Shown one piece after another: positions 1 through 9,884 of a DNA stretch of 64,000 nt. The notes under the pieces are model-generated. The model had not been told where the DNA came from. It made no database searches and saw nothing but the letters and a program-made list of their open reading frames with translations. Source of the DNA: Pirellulales bacterium (GTDB taxonomy: Bacteria; Planctomycetota; Planctomycetia; Pirellulales; JAICIG01); contig JBBDYJ010000020.1 of the NCBI GenBank assembly GCA_040901675.1, positions 64,001 to 128,000 on the forward strand, read 5' to 3'. The first letter of the stretch is position 1. Each line of letters opens with the position of its first letter. Position numbers and translations under genes: made by a program.

Positions 1-2
1 TC

Positions 3-467
3 CGCAGCAACCCGCCGGGGGCGCTGGTGTACATCGATAACTACGAGATTGGCACGACGCCCGTTTCCACCGATTACCTGTACTACGGCACGCGCAAGTT
101 CCGTTTGATCAAGGACGGCTACGAAACGCTCACCGTCGAGCAGCGGATCGCTCCGCCCTGGTACCAGGTGTTTCCCTTGGACTTCGTGAGCGAAAACCTG
201 GTCCCGGCCGAAATCCGGGACGAACGCACGCTCGACTTTCAACTGATGCCGCAGCGAATGGTGCCCACGCGCGAGTTGCGCGAGCGTGCCGAGAGCCTGC
301 GGCAAGCCAGCCGCCCGGGGGCGCCGGTCCCATTGCCAGCCGCGCCGCTCCCGCCCGGCGCGATGCCCAGCCTCATATCGCCCGGTGGCGTGTTCCCTCC
401 GCTGTCGGCCCCCGAGCCGGCCGGTCCCGGCACCTTCACCCTCCCCCCGCCCCGAAACCGCTACTAA
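3..467 (+). CDS. PEGA domain-containing protein, 5' end outside the window
   Basis: The frame from base 3 reads RSNPPGALVYIDNYEIGTTP...FRLIKDGYE, a PEGA signature, followed by a Pro-rich tail. Confidence 0.75.
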   Translation, partial: RSNPPGALVYIDNYEIGTTPVSTDYLYYGTRKFRLIKDGYETLTVEQRIAPPWYQVFPLDFVSENLVPAEIRDERTLDFQLMPQRMVPTRELRERAESLRQASRPGAPVPLPAAPLPPGAMPSLISPGGVFPPLSAPEPAGPGTFTLPPPRNRY

Positions 468-549
468 GTAGAACGGAATTCATTATTCATTCCGTTTCCC
501 GTAACAACGGAATTCATGCCGTTGAAGCCGTATCCTATTCTTCCGTTCT
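468..549. repeat. REP-like palindromes, GTAG-AACGGAATTCATTCCGTT family
   Basis: GTAGAACGGAATTCATTATTCATTCCGTT follows the stop codon. Related copies lie at 2401-2434, 2512-2531, 54938-54960 and 63151-63167 (minus). Confidence 0.7.
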
Positions 550-574
550 TCGCCCGTTTCTGGATAACGGCGCC

Positions 575-1543
575 TTGACTCCGACCATGGGGGCCCTATG
601 TTGGCGCGGTAGCCTTGCCACCCAAACGCGCGCAATCTCCCGAGGGTCTTTCTCCATGCTCGTACAGCCTGGCTCGATGACTCCCCGACCGACCGCGGCC
701 GTCGCTTCGCGTCGAACCCAATTCATTGCGTTGCTCCGACTTTATCCGTTGGTGCTCTGCTTCTGCGCGGCTCTGCTCGGCGCGGGGGCCCACGCGGAGA
801 GCCCCGGCAAGGCCGGCGACGAGGGCTGGATATTGCTGTTCGACGGCGAGTCGTTGGAGGGTTGGCATAAAAACCCGGAGCGGATCGGCCATGGCACGGG
901 CGGGCGCTGGACGGTCGAAGATGGAACGATCGCCGGCGAGCAGGATCCGCCGGGCAGCGGTAATGGAGGCATCCTGCTCACCGACCGGAAGTTCGGCGAC
1001 TTCGAGCTGGTGATCGACATGAAGCCGGACTGGGGCATTTGCAGCGGGCTGTTCCTGCGCTCCAACGAGCGGGGGCAGTGCTTCCAGATGATGGTCGATT
1101 ATCACGATGCGGGCAACGTGGGACACATCTATGGCGAGGGGACCGGCGGCTTCAGCAACCGGCCCTTCGACATCAACGGCATCTACGACGACAAGCAGCT
1201 CACCGGCCTTTCGACCCGGCAGCTCGACACGGCGTTGCCCGAGGCCTACAGCGCCACCGGCGACGAGTGGCTGGAGGCCTGGAAAGTGGGCGACTGGAAC
1301 ACGGTCCGCGTGCGCTGCGTGGGGCAGCCGCCCAAAATCACCACCTGGATCAACGACGTAAAGATCAGCCAGTTCGACGGCGAGCGCTTCGAGGCGCCCA
1401 ACTACGACAAAACGCAGGTGGCCGAGACGCTTGGCTCCGAGGGGAGCATCGCCGTCCAGGTCCACGGCGGCACGGGCTGGCCCAAGGGTGCCAAGTGCCG
1501 CTGGAAGAACATCAAGATCCGGCCCCTTACGACCGATCCATAG
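575..1543 (+). CDS. DUF1080 (3-keto-disaccharide hydrolase-like) secreted protein; true start probably near 656-677
   Basis: Motifs GWILLFDGESLEGW, GGILLTDRKFGDFEL, GDWNTVRVRC, GSIAVQVHG and WKNIKIRPL; signal-like segment ending AHA. Confidence 0.85.
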   Translation: MTPTMGALCWRGSLATQTRAISRGSFSMLVQPGSMTPRPTAAVASRRTQFIALLRLYPLVLCFCAALLGAGAHAESPGKAGDEGWILLFDGESLEGWHKNPERIGHGTGGRWTVEDGTIAGEQDPPGSGNGGILLTDRKFGDFELVIDMKPDWGICSGLFLRSNERGQCFQMMVDYHDAGNVGHIYGEGTGGFSNRPFDINGIYDDKQLTGLSTRQLDTALPEAYSATGDEWLEAWKVGDWNTVRVRCVGQPPKITTWINDVKISQFDGERFEAPNYDKTQVAETLGSEGSIAVQVHGGTGWPKGAKCRWKNIKIRPLTTDP

Positions 1544-1801
1544 CCGTTTGAGGGCCGGCGGTTTGCAGAACGCCGATTCATCAGTTTGCCGTCGCGGAAC
1601 TTGACTTCCGCTTCGCCAGGGCCGAAAATCTTGCGTCTGGTTGATTTGAGTTGCCCCGCGCGGCATAATGCCACGCGCCAGTGTATCGACTTGATCTGGA
1701 TAAACTTTCAGTGTGCGCCAGTAGGGCGCGGAAAATGACAACCCGTTGATGTTGATACTGACCGTTGGTACTGATTCTAGATTTTGAAAGGGAGACACCT
1801 G

Positions 1802-2404
1802 ATGAAGACGCGATTTCTGTTGGCGGCGCTGGTCGTGACGGCGCTTGCTTTTTCGCAATCGCTGGTGGCCGACGACAAGAAGGATTCGGAAAAGGAATTC
1901 TCGGCCACGTGCCCGGTCTCGGGCCAGCCGGCCAAGGAAGACAAGACCGTGGCGTACAAGGGCAAGAAGGTCTATTTCTGCTGCGAGAATTGCCCGAAGG
2001 CCTTCGAGAAGGATCCCAAAAAGTTCGCCGTCAAGGCCAACCACCAACTGCTGGCGACCGGCCAGATGATCCTGGTGGCTTGCCCCTTCACGGGACGCGA
2101 CCTGAACCCCGAAACCGCGGTCAAGCTGGGCGGAGCTGAAGTGGCCTTCTGCTGCATGAACTGCAAGGGCAAGTTCGACAAGGCCGGCGACGATGAGAAG
2201 CTGGCCCTGGTCTTCACCAAGATCGGCAAGGGTTTCACCCTGCAGACCGAATGCGTGGTCAGCGGCGAGCCCATCGACGTGGCCAGTTTTGTGAAGCACG
2301 ACGGCAAGAAGGTCTTCTTCTGCTGCGAGAACTGCCCCAAGGCATTCGCCAAGGACCCCGAGAAGTACGCCGCCAAGCTGCCCAAGGCGGAAGACGCCGA
2401 GTAG
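1802..2404 (+). CDS. Secreted protein with three YHS/TRASH-like Cys-rich repeats
   Basis: Signal peptide, then three repeats of C-x-x-(S/T)-G...FCCxNC. GGGAG RBS lies upstream. Confidence 0.8.
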   Translation: MKTRFLLAALVVTALAFSQSLVADDKKDSEKEFSATCPVSGQPAKEDKTVAYKGKKVYFCCENCPKAFEKDPKKFAVKANHQLLATGQMILVACPFTGRDLNPETAVKLGGAEVAFCCMNCKGKFDKAGDDEKLALVFTKIGKGFTLQTECVVSGEPIDVASFVKHDGKKVFFCCENCPKAFAKDPEKYAAKLPKAEDAE

Positions 2405-2476
2405 AACGGAAGCTCATTGCGTTTCCGTTCGTACCGAGGGCGAACCTTGTTCGCTGCTCGGATCGGTTCCAAAACG

Positions 2477-2506
2477 AGGGCGCCCTGCAAGGGGCGCCCT
2501 TTTTTT
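2477..2506 (+). terminator. Rho-independent terminator
   Basis: Stem-loop AGGGCGCCC-TGCAAG-GGGCGCCCT followed by a T run. Confidence 0.85.
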
Positions 2507-2585
2507 GCGTCGAACGGAATTTCATTCCATTTGCCGGTTACAATGGCCTGCACGGGGCCTGGCCACGGTTGCAAGGAGCTCGACG

Positions 2586-3875
2586 ATGAACCGCACGAAC
2601 CGCAGGGAGTTTCTGGGAAACACGGCCGCCGCCGCGGCCGCGATTTCGGTCCTCGGCCAGGCACGCCCGGCACGGTCGCTCGAGTCGCCGGCCGAGAAGC
2701 TGGTGGTCGCCGTGATGGGAACCAACGGACGCGGGGCCGCCCTGGCCCGCGGCTTTGCCGCCCTCGACGGTTCGGCCGTCGCCTATATCTGCGACGTCGA
2801 CGAACAAGCGATCGGCAAAGGCGTCGAGGCCGTCGAAGCCGCCCAGCGGCCCGCGCCTGGCACGCTGACCGACTTTCGCCGGGCCTTGGACGACCCAGCG
2901 GTCGACGTGCTGGCTATCGCCGCGCCCGATCATTGGCACGCGCCGGCCACGATCCTGGCCTGCGCCGCCGGCAAGCACGTGTACGTCGAAAAGCCGGCCA
3001 GCCACAATGGCCTGGAAGGCGAGCTGATGGTGGCGGCGGCCCGCAAGCACCAGCGCGTGGTCCAATTGGGAACGCAGCGGCGCAGCTCGCCGGGCACCAT
3101 CGAGGCGATCGGCCGCCTGCACCGCGGCGAGATAGGCCGCGTATTGTTTGCCCGCGGCTGGATCAACAGCACCCGGCCCAGCATCGGGCGGGGCCGAGCG
3201 GTTTCGCCGCCGGCGCATCTGGACTATGCCTTGTGGCAGGGGCCGGCTCCGGACCGCCCGTATCGCGACAACGTGGTGCACTACCACTGGCATTGGTTCT
3301 GGCACTGGGGCACGGGCGAGCTGGGCAACAACGGGATTCATGCTTTGGACATTTGCCGTTGGGGACTCGGCGTCGATTATCCCAAGCAAGTGGTTTGCGG
3401 CGGCGGCAAGTTCCATTTCGACGACGACCAGGAGACGCCCGACACCCAGATCGCGACGTTCAACTTCGGCGACAAGGCCATCAACTGGGAGCACCGCACC
3501 TGGAGCCCGCGCGGCTTCGAAGGCGATAGCTTCGGAGTCGCTTTTTACGGAGAAGCCGGAGCCATCGTCCTCACCCGCGGCGAGTACCAGGTGTTCGACA
3601 TGCAGGGCCGCCAGACGGCGCAAGGCTCGGCGGCCGCCAGCGACGCGGACCATCTGAACGATTTTCTCGATGCAATCCGCAGCGGCCGGCGGCCCAATGC
3701 CGACATCGAGGAGGGCGTGAAGAGCACGGCCCTGTGCCACTTGGGCAACATCGCCTACCGGACCGGCCGGACCGTGAACTTCGATCCGGCCGCCCGCGCG
3801 CTGACCGGCGACGAGGAAGCGGCCGCCCTCTGGACCCGCGAGTACCGCGCCGGCTGGGAGCCGACGCCGCCGTAG
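2586..3875 (+). CDS. Gfo/Idh/MocA oxidoreductase with Tat signal
   Basis: NRREFL twin-arginine motif; GTNGRG, APDHWH, GKHVYVEKP and GELGNNGIH motifs. Confidence 0.92.
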   Translation: MNRTNRREFLGNTAAAAAAISVLGQARPARSLESPAEKLVVAVMGTNGRGAALARGFAALDGSAVAYICDVDEQAIGKGVEAVEAAQRPAPGTLTDFRRALDDPAVDVLAIAAPDHWHAPATILACAAGKHVYVEKPASHNGLEGELMVAAARKHQRVVQLGTQRRSSPGTIEAIGRLHRGEIGRVLFARGWINSTRPSIGRGRAVSPPAHLDYALWQGPAPDRPYRDNVVHYHWHWFWHWGTGELGNNGIHALDICRWGLGVDYPKQVVCGGGKFHFDDDQETPDTQIATFNFGDKAINWEHRTWSPRGFEGDSFGVAFYGEAGAIVLTRGEYQVFDMQGRQTAQGSAAASDADHLNDFLDAIRSGRRPNADIEEGVKSTALCHLGNIAYRTGRTVNFDPAARALTGDEEAAALWTREYRAGWEPTPP

Positions 3876-5348
3876 CTACATTTGTTGGATCAGCTCGAGG
3901 CAAATCTCGCGGACGCGGGCGGGGTTGACGTTGGGGTTCTTCTTCTTGGCCTGCCCGACAAAGGCGCCGGCGGCTTGCAGCTTGCCGCTCTTGACGTCGG
4001 CCACCAGCTTGGGGTTGGCGGCCACCAGCTCGCGGCAGAGCTCGATGAGCGTCGAGTCGTCGAGCGCGTGGATGCCCATCGACTCCATCGCCTCGCTGGC
4101 GGTTTTTCCCGTCTCGAGCATCGTCAAGAGCACTTCCCTCCCGCGGGTAGTGTCCACCGCGCCGCACTTCACCTTTTCCAACAGCTCGGCCAGCCCGTCA
4201 GGCGGAATCGGGAACTGCACGATGTCGATGCCGCGCTCGTTCATCTCGCGCAACACATCCTGCTGCATCCAGTTGCTGGCCAGCTTGCCGTCGCCGGTGA
4301 GCTCGGCGAGCTGAACGAAGTAGTCGACGAACCGCCGCCCCTGGTTCACCAGCACGTCGCTGTCGTAGGGGGTCAGCGTGTACGTGACTTCCAGCCGGTG
4401 CCGCCAGTCGGCCGGCAGTTCACCCAGTGCGGAGCGGACCCGTTCGACCGTCTCCGGGTCGACCTGGACGGGCGCCAGGTCCGGATCGGGAAAATAGCGG
4501 TAATCGCTCGACTCTTCCTTGTGCCGCTGGGCGCGCGTCACGTTGGCCGCGTCGTCCCAGCCGCGCGTCTGCTTGGGCACTTCGCCCAGCTCCTGCCCCG
4601 TTTCGCGCCAGGCCTCGTATTGCCTTTCCGCCTCGTAGGCCAGCGCCCGCTCGACCGAGCGGAAGCTGTTCATGTTCTTGATCTCGACGATCGGCGTGGC
4701 GACGACCTTGCCCGACTCGGTGGTTATATGCAGGTTCACGTTGGCGTCGACGCGGAGGCTCCCCTCCTGCATGTTGCAGTCGCTGACATCCAGGTACGTC
4801 AACAGCAGCTTCAGCTCGGCCAGGTACGCCTTGGCTTCGGCCGGCGAGCGCATGTCGGGCATGGAGACGATCTCCAACAGCGGCGTGCCGGCGCGGTTCA
4901 GGTCGATGCGGCTGTCGGCCTGGCCGGCCTGCTCGTCGTGCACGCTCTTGCCCGCGTCTTCTTCCAGGTGCGCCCGGATGATGCCGACCTTCTTGGGCTC
5001 GATGCGCCCCTTGGCGTCGCTGATTCGCAGGTAGCCGTCGGCGCTGAAGGGCAGGTCGAACTGGCTGATCTGGTATCCCTTGGGAAGATCGGGATAGTAA
5101 TACTGCTTGCGGTCCCACTTGGTGAACTCGGCCACCTCGCAGTGGAGGGCCACGGCCGTGCGCAGGGCCAGCTCAAAAGCAAGCCGGTTCATGACCGGCA
5201 GCGTGCCCGGCATCCCGGTGCAAATCGGACACGTCTGCGTGTTGGGCGGCGCGCCGAACAGCGTGCTGCAGCCGCAGAACAACTTGGTCTGCGTTCGCAG
5301 TTGCACGTGGACCTCCAGGCCGATCACGATCTCGTAGGGCGTGCTCAT
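3876..5348 (-). CDS. gatB: Asp/Glu-tRNA amidotransferase subunit B
   Basis: IGLEVHVQL, DRKQYYYPDLPKGYQISQ, LNRAGTPLLEIV and YRYFPDPDL. Confidence 0.98.
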   Translation of the reverse strand: MSTPYEIVIGLEVHVQLRTQTKLFCGCSTLFGAPPNTQTCPICTGMPGTLPVMNRLAFELALRTAVALHCEVAEFTKWDRKQYYYPDLPKGYQISQFDLPFSADGYLRISDAKGRIEPKKVGIIRAHLEEDAGKSVHDEQAGQADSRIDLNRAGTPLLEIVSMPDMRSPAEAKAYLAELKLLLTYLDVSDCNMQEGSLRVDANVNLHITTESGKVVATPIVEIKNMNSFRSVERALAYEAERQYEAWRETGQELGEVPKQTRGWDDAANVTRAQRHKEESSDYRYFPDPDLAPVQVDPETVERVRSALGELPADWRHRLEVTYTLTPYDSDVLVNQGRRFVDYFVQLAELTGDGKLASNWMQQDVLREMNERGIDIVQFPIPPDGLAELLEKVKCGAVDTTRGREVLLTMLETGKTASEAMESMGIHALDDSTLIELCRELVAANPKLVADVKSGKLQAAGAFVGQAKKKNPNVNPARVREICLELIQQM

Positions 5349-6874
5349 GGCAGCTTGGGCCTCCGCAGGTGCCAGTCGGTCGCCTGCTGGAACATGTGGG
5401 CCGCCCGCAGCAGCCGCTCCTCTTCAAAAGGCGCCGCCTGCAATTGCAGCCCGATCGGCAGCCCCCCGGACGAGTAGCCGCAGACCAGGGCAATCCCGCC
5501 GATGCCCGCCAGGTTCGCGCTGACCGTGTACAGGTCGACCAGGTACATCGCCAGCGGATCGTCCGACTTTTCCCCGATCTTGAAGGCCGGCGCCGCCGTC
5601 ACCGGTCCGGCGATCACGTCGACCTCGGCCAGCGCGCGGTCGAAGTCCTGGCGGATCAAGCGCCGGACCTTGAGCGCCTTGAGATAGTAGGCGTCGTAGT
5701 ATCCGGCGCTCAGCGCGTACGTGCCCAGCATAATCCGCCGCTTCACCTCGGGCCCAAATCCCTCCGAGCGGCTGCGGCGATACATCCGCACCAGGGCCGA
5801 ATCGACTTCGTCCTCGCGCCCCGGACCCAGCGCCTGCCGCTCGGCCGCCAGCTCATCGGCAAGCGCCCGCTCGTCCGTGCGGTGGCCGTAGTGCACGCCG
5901 TCGTAGCGGGCCAGGTTGCTCGAAGCTTCGCTGGGCGCAATGATGTAGTAGGCTGCCACTCCATACTTGCTGTGCGGCAGCGACACCTGTTTGACCTTGG
6001 CCCCGAGCGACTCATACACGCGGACCGCTTCGCGGACCGCCTGCTCGACCTCGCCGTCGAGGCCGGGGCCGAAATGCTCGCGCACCAGGCCCAGCCGCAA
6101 GCCCTCCAGCGGGCGCCGCACGGTCTGGTGATAGTTGGGCACCGGCCGGTCCACGCTGGTCGAGTCGAGCGGGTCGTGGCCGGCCAGCACTTCCAGCGCC
6201 AGGGCCGCGTCTTCGGCCGTGCGGGCCAGCGGGCCCACCTGGTCGAGGCTGCTGGCGAAAGCGACCAGCCCGTAGCGGCTCACCCGGCCGTAGGTCGGCT
6301 TGAGGCCGGTCACCCCGCACAAGGCGGCGGGCTGGCGGATCGAGCCGCCCGTGTCGGTGCCGATCGACAAGGGGACCATCGAGGCGGCCAGGCAGGCGGC
6401 CGCTCCGCCGCTGGAACCTCCGGGGATCCGCTCCAGGTCCCAGGGATTGCGGGTTTTCTGGAAGGCGGAGTTCTCGGTGGAACCGCCCATGGCGAACTCG
6501 TCCATATTGGTGCGGCCCAACAGAACGGCGTCGGCGGCCTTCAGACGGGCGACGACGGTGGCGTCGTAGGGGGGCCTGAAGTTTTCGAGCATGCGGGACG
6601 CGCAGGTGGTCAGCTCGCCGCGGCTGCAGAGCAGGTCCTTGACGGCGACCGGCAGGCCGCCGAGCCGCCCCACGGGCTCGCCGTTGCGGCGGCGCTGGTC
6701 GATGCGCTCGGCCTGCTGGAGTGCACCCTGGGCGTCGACGCGCAGAAAGGCGCCGACGCGGCCGTCGTGCCGCTCGATCTGGGCCAGGCAGGCCTGGGTC
6801 AGCTCGACGGAGGTGATCCGCCGGGCTTCGAGTTCGGCCAGCAATTGGGTGGCAGAGAGTTCGATCAGGGACAT
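5345..6874 (-). CDS. gatA: Asp/Glu-tRNA amidotransferase subunit A
   Basis: Amidase signature PGGSSGG, GTDTGGSIRQPA, SSNLARYDG and GFGPEVKRRIMLGT. Start taken at MSLIELSA. Confidence 0.98.
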   Translation of the reverse strand: MSLIELSATQLLAELEARRITSVELTQACLAQIERHDGRVGAFLRVDAQGALQQAERIDQRRRNGEPVGRLGGLPVAVKDLLCSRGELTTCASRMLENFRPPYDATVVARLKAADAVLLGRTNMDEFAMGGSTENSAFQKTRNPWDLERIPGGSSGGAAACLAASMVPLSIGTDTGGSIRQPAALCGVTGLKPTYGRVSRYGLVAFASSLDQVGPLARTAEDAALALEVLAGHDPLDSTSVDRPVPNYHQTVRRPLEGLRLGLVREHFGPGLDGEVEQAVREAVRVYESLGAKVKQVSLPHSKYGVAAYYIIAPSEASSNLARYDGVHYGHRTDERALADELAAERQALGPGREDEVDSALVRMYRRSRSEGFGPEVKRRIMLGTYALSAGYYDAYYLKALKVRRLIRQDFDRALAEVDVIAGPVTAAPAFKIGEKSDDPLAMYLVDLYTVSANLAGIGGIALVCGYSSGGLPIGLQLQAAPFEEERLLRAAHMFQQATDWHLRRPKLP

Positions 6875-6922
6875 GGAGTGGGGACCTTGTCCGCGGCGAA
6901 GGGCCAAGGGCCCGTTGCCCGC

Positions 6923-7210
6923 TCAGTCGAGCACGGGCGGCACCAGGTAGAACTCGCCGTCGGTCCTCGGCGCCTGGGACAACATCTCGCGGCGGTCGAA
7001 GCTGCCGCGCGGCTCGTCGTCGCGAAACACGTTGGAAAGCTCGACGGCGTGGGCCATCGGCTCGACGTCATCGGTGGAAAGCTCCGAAAGCAGCTCGACG
7101 TAGCCGACGATCTGGCCGAGCTGGGCCGTCATCGTCTCCAGCTCGGCCTCGCTCAGCCGCAGGCGGGCCAGCAGCGAAACCTTCTGCACCTGGTCGCGGG
7201 AAAGGCTCAT
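6923..7210 (-). CDS. gatC: Asp/Glu-tRNA amidotransferase subunit C
   Basis: VSLLARL...VFRDDE...YLVPPVL, directly upstream of gatA. Confidence 0.95.
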   Translation of the reverse strand: MSLSRDQVQKVSLLARLRLSEAELETMTAQLGQIVGYVELLSELSTDDVEPMAHAVELSNVFRDDEPRGSFDRREMLSQAPRTDGEFYLVPPVLD

Positions 7211-7232
7211 GGCAAGCTCAGCTTATGGCGGT

Positions 7233-7580
7233 TCAGCTCTTGGCTGCGCGCGGCTTCTTGGCCCGCTGGGCCTGCTTGGCCGTGGCGGCCTTGTCGGGAT
7301 TGCCGGCCTTGGCCGCCTGCTCGGCGGCCGGGAGGCGAAACGGCGCCGCCTTGACCAGCTTGGTGACCGCGCCGCTGCGGAGGCATTGCGTACAGACGCG
7401 CATGCTCTTGTTGGTTCCCCGAACGGTGACGCGGACGCGCTGCAGGTTGGGTTTGAACTGCCGGCGGGTGATGCCGGTGATCTTGGTGCCGACGCCGCCC
7501 AGGTACTTGGCCTTGCCGCGGGTGGTAATCGAGTTGCCCACCGTGGGGGCTTTTCCGCAGACTTCACAGGACTTGGGCAT
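7233..7580 (-). CDS. rpmB: 50S ribosomal protein L28, zinc-binding form with Ala/Lys-rich C-terminal tail
   Basis: MPKSCEVCGKAPTVGN...RRQFKPNLQ...VCTQCLRSG. Confidence 0.95.
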   Translation of the reverse strand: MPKSCEVCGKAPTVGNSITTRGKAKYLGGVGTKITGITRRQFKPNLQRVRVTVRGTNKSMRVCTQCLRSGAVTKLVKAAPFRLPAAEQAAKAGNPDKAATAKQAQRAKKPRAAKS

Positions 7581-7725
7581 CGGCAAGATCCTCCGCAAAC
7601 AGCTTCGAGCGCAACAGTTCACGCCAGCCAGGCCGGGGCGAAACCGTCAGTATATCGAAGCGCGGCGAGCACACAAGATGCCATCGTTTGCACGTCGCGC
7701 AAGCGAGGAGTCTCGGCGGCTGATT

Positions 7726-7950
7726 TACGCCGAAGGCGTTTCACACGCGCAGCCCAGGGTCGCGAGTCCGCGAGCGCACCCTGGGATGATTTCGCAAGTC
7801 CATTCAATCGAACCCCGAAGGGGTTCCACAAATGGTTCGTTGTTCCCTTGTGAAACCCCTTCGGGGTTTATTCTGTATCGCGGACATTGTACCCAGGGTG
7901 CGCTCGCGGACTCGCGACCCTGGGCTATGTTCTGAAACCGCTTCGCGGTA
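7726..7950. repeat. About 225-bp nested palindromic element (REPIN/MITE-like)
   Basis: Perfect 35-bp inverted repeat at 7751-7785/7892-7926, a 21-bp inverted repeat with one mismatch at 7811-7831/7848-7868, and terminal mini-hairpins. Confidence 0.8.
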
Positions 7951-8142
7951 GACATTCCATTTCACGCTGAACCAAAGACTTAGCCAACAAAAAAAGCCCT
8001 CGCCGCTGTTAACTTACCCGCGAAATTTGGGCGTCGAGGTCTCTCGAAACTCCCGGTTCTGAATCGTCTTTTTCGGTCCCCCAGGTTACAATCGGTCGGT
8101 CCACCATCATCAGGAACGAATACCCCAAACCAAAGGTCTCGG

Positions 8143-9495
8143 ATGCTGTCATCTCTCACCTGGCTGGCGCTTTTAACAAGCGCGCCGGCGGACGATGCCG
8201 CGCTGGCGGCCGGCACGCAGTTGGTGTTCCAGGGCTCGGTGGCGCAGGTCCAAGCGGACCGCTCGCTGGCTGAACCGGCCAAATCGTTCGACCTGACGAT
8301 GCTGGCGGCACCAGGCGATGAACCGGGCAGCCGCCTGTTCTGGCTGGTCGAAGAGCGTGGACAGGGCGCCTGGCCTTGGGCCGAACGATTCGGCCTCGTC
8401 ACGCTGGACGAACAAGCCAACCCGGTCGGCCATCCCGGACCCAGCCTGCTCTACGATTATGGCGACGGCAAGAGCATCGTGGCGCTGCCGCCGCCGCTGT
8501 TGATCGCCGGCAGGCCGCTCGCCGAGGGAGCTGCCTGGGAGTCTGAAGGGCTGCGATACGAGGTGGCCCAGCGCGAGACGATCGGCGAGCGGGCCGTGTG
8601 GCCGATCCAGGTTCACAACCGCTTCGGCCACCAGCGCACGCTGTGGGTGGACGACCGCTCGCTCGTGGTTCAACTCGAAGAGCGGGTGTTCATGAACCAG
8701 GGCACCGAGCACCGGCTCCAGTGGCGATTGCTGGGAAGCGAGCGCTTGAGCGACGAACAGCTTGCCGCCGCCTTGGCCGGTTTCGAGGCGATGACCGGCC
8801 TGCGCGCCCGCCTCAACCGACCAGCCCGGACCGAGAGCGATGCCTGGACCAGCGAAGAACGGGGCGTCCTGGCCGAGCACCTGCCGCAGGTCGAAAAGCT
8901 TGCCGGCAGCGGGCCGCTGGCAAAACTGGTCCGGGCCGCCGTGCGCGACCTGGAACTGCAATCGGGCCGGGCCGACGCCGTGGGCCAGTTGCGAGACAAG
9001 TATCAGGGCAGCCAGGTCCCGCGATTCACCGCCGGCTCCGGCCGCGACAGGCTTGCCGACTCGGATCTGGCCGGGCAGGCGACGCTGTTGCACTTCTGGG
9101 ACTACCGGCACGAGCCGCTCGAAGAGCCCTATGGCCAGGTCGGCTACCTGGAATACCTGTACGCCCGGCACAAGGCTGCCGGCCTCAAGATATACGGCAT
9201 CGCCGTCGACGGCCGGTTGAACGATGAGGCGACCCGCCCAGCGGCGGTGGCCGGCGTCCGCAAGCTGAAGAGCTTCATGAACCTTAGCTACCCGATCGTG
9301 TTCGACGGCGGCGAGTTGCTCAAGCAGTTCGGCGATCCAAGGATCGTGGGGGCCGCGCTGCCGCTGTTTGTCCTGATCGCTCCGGACGGCAAGATCGTCC
9401 ACTACCACGTCGGCTATTACGATGTCGACCAGCAGCAAGGACTGAAAGAGCTCGACGCCCTGGTCGGTGAGCTGCTCAAGAAGAAGTCGCCGTAG
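8143..9495 (+). CDS. Secreted protein with a C-terminal TlpA/redoxin-like fold lacking CxxC
   Basis: LAGQATLLHFW...GLKIYGIAVD...LSYPIVFDGG...LPLFVLIAPDGKIVHYHVG. Confidence 0.7.
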   Translation: MLSSLTWLALLTSAPADDAALAAGTQLVFQGSVAQVQADRSLAEPAKSFDLTMLAAPGDEPGSRLFWLVEERGQGAWPWAERFGLVTLDEQANPVGHPGPSLLYDYGDGKSIVALPPPLLIAGRPLAEGAAWESEGLRYEVAQRETIGERAVWPIQVHNRFGHQRTLWVDDRSLVVQLEERVFMNQGTEHRLQWRLLGSERLSDEQLAAALAGFEAMTGLRARLNRPARTESDAWTSEERGVLAEHLPQVEKLAGSGPLAKLVRAAVRDLELQSGRADAVGQLRDKYQGSQVPRFTAGSGRDRLADSDLAGQATLLHFWDYRHEPLEEPYGQVGYLEYLYARHKAAGLKIYGIAVDGRLNDEATRPAAVAGVRKLKSFMNLSYPIVFDGGELLKQFGDPRIVGAALPLFVLIAPDGKIVHYHVGYYDVDQQQGLKELDALVGELLKKKSP

Positions 9496-9817
9496 ACAAC
9501 AGCTTCGCCAGCGCCTCGTTGCCCGACATGCCCGGCTCGATGCCCAGCCGCCGTGCCTGCTCGCTCACCGCCACGATGCGGGCATCGTACAGGTCTTCAG
9601 GTTCGACCAGCGGCCTGGCGGGCGTCCCCTTGGCTATGGCCACCGCCATGCCGAACTCGCCGGCCACCTGCACGTCGAAGATGCCGCAACCCACCATGCC
9701 CCTGGCCGTGTGGATTGCGCAGTATTGCCCGCCCTGCCAGCGATAGCTGGCGCCGATCGCATCGCCATGCGGCGTGTGAATCGTTCGCTGGTTCGCCTGG
9801 GGAAGTGCCGCCGTCAT
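9476..9817 (-). CDS. YunC/DUF1805 family protein
   Basis: GMVGCGIFDV...EDLYDARIVAVSEQARRLGIEPGMSGNEAL. Confidence 0.8.
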   Translation of the reverse strand: MTAALPQANQRTIHTPHGDAIGASYRWQGGQYCAIHTARGMVGCGIFDVQVAGEFGMAVAIAKGTPARPLVEPEDLYDARIVAVSEQARRLGIEPGMSGNEALAKLLSTATSS

Positions 9818-9884
9818 CGAAGATCGCCCTTTCAAACAATTGCCACTTTTGCAACCGCCACCCACGACGATTATCATCCAAAGC

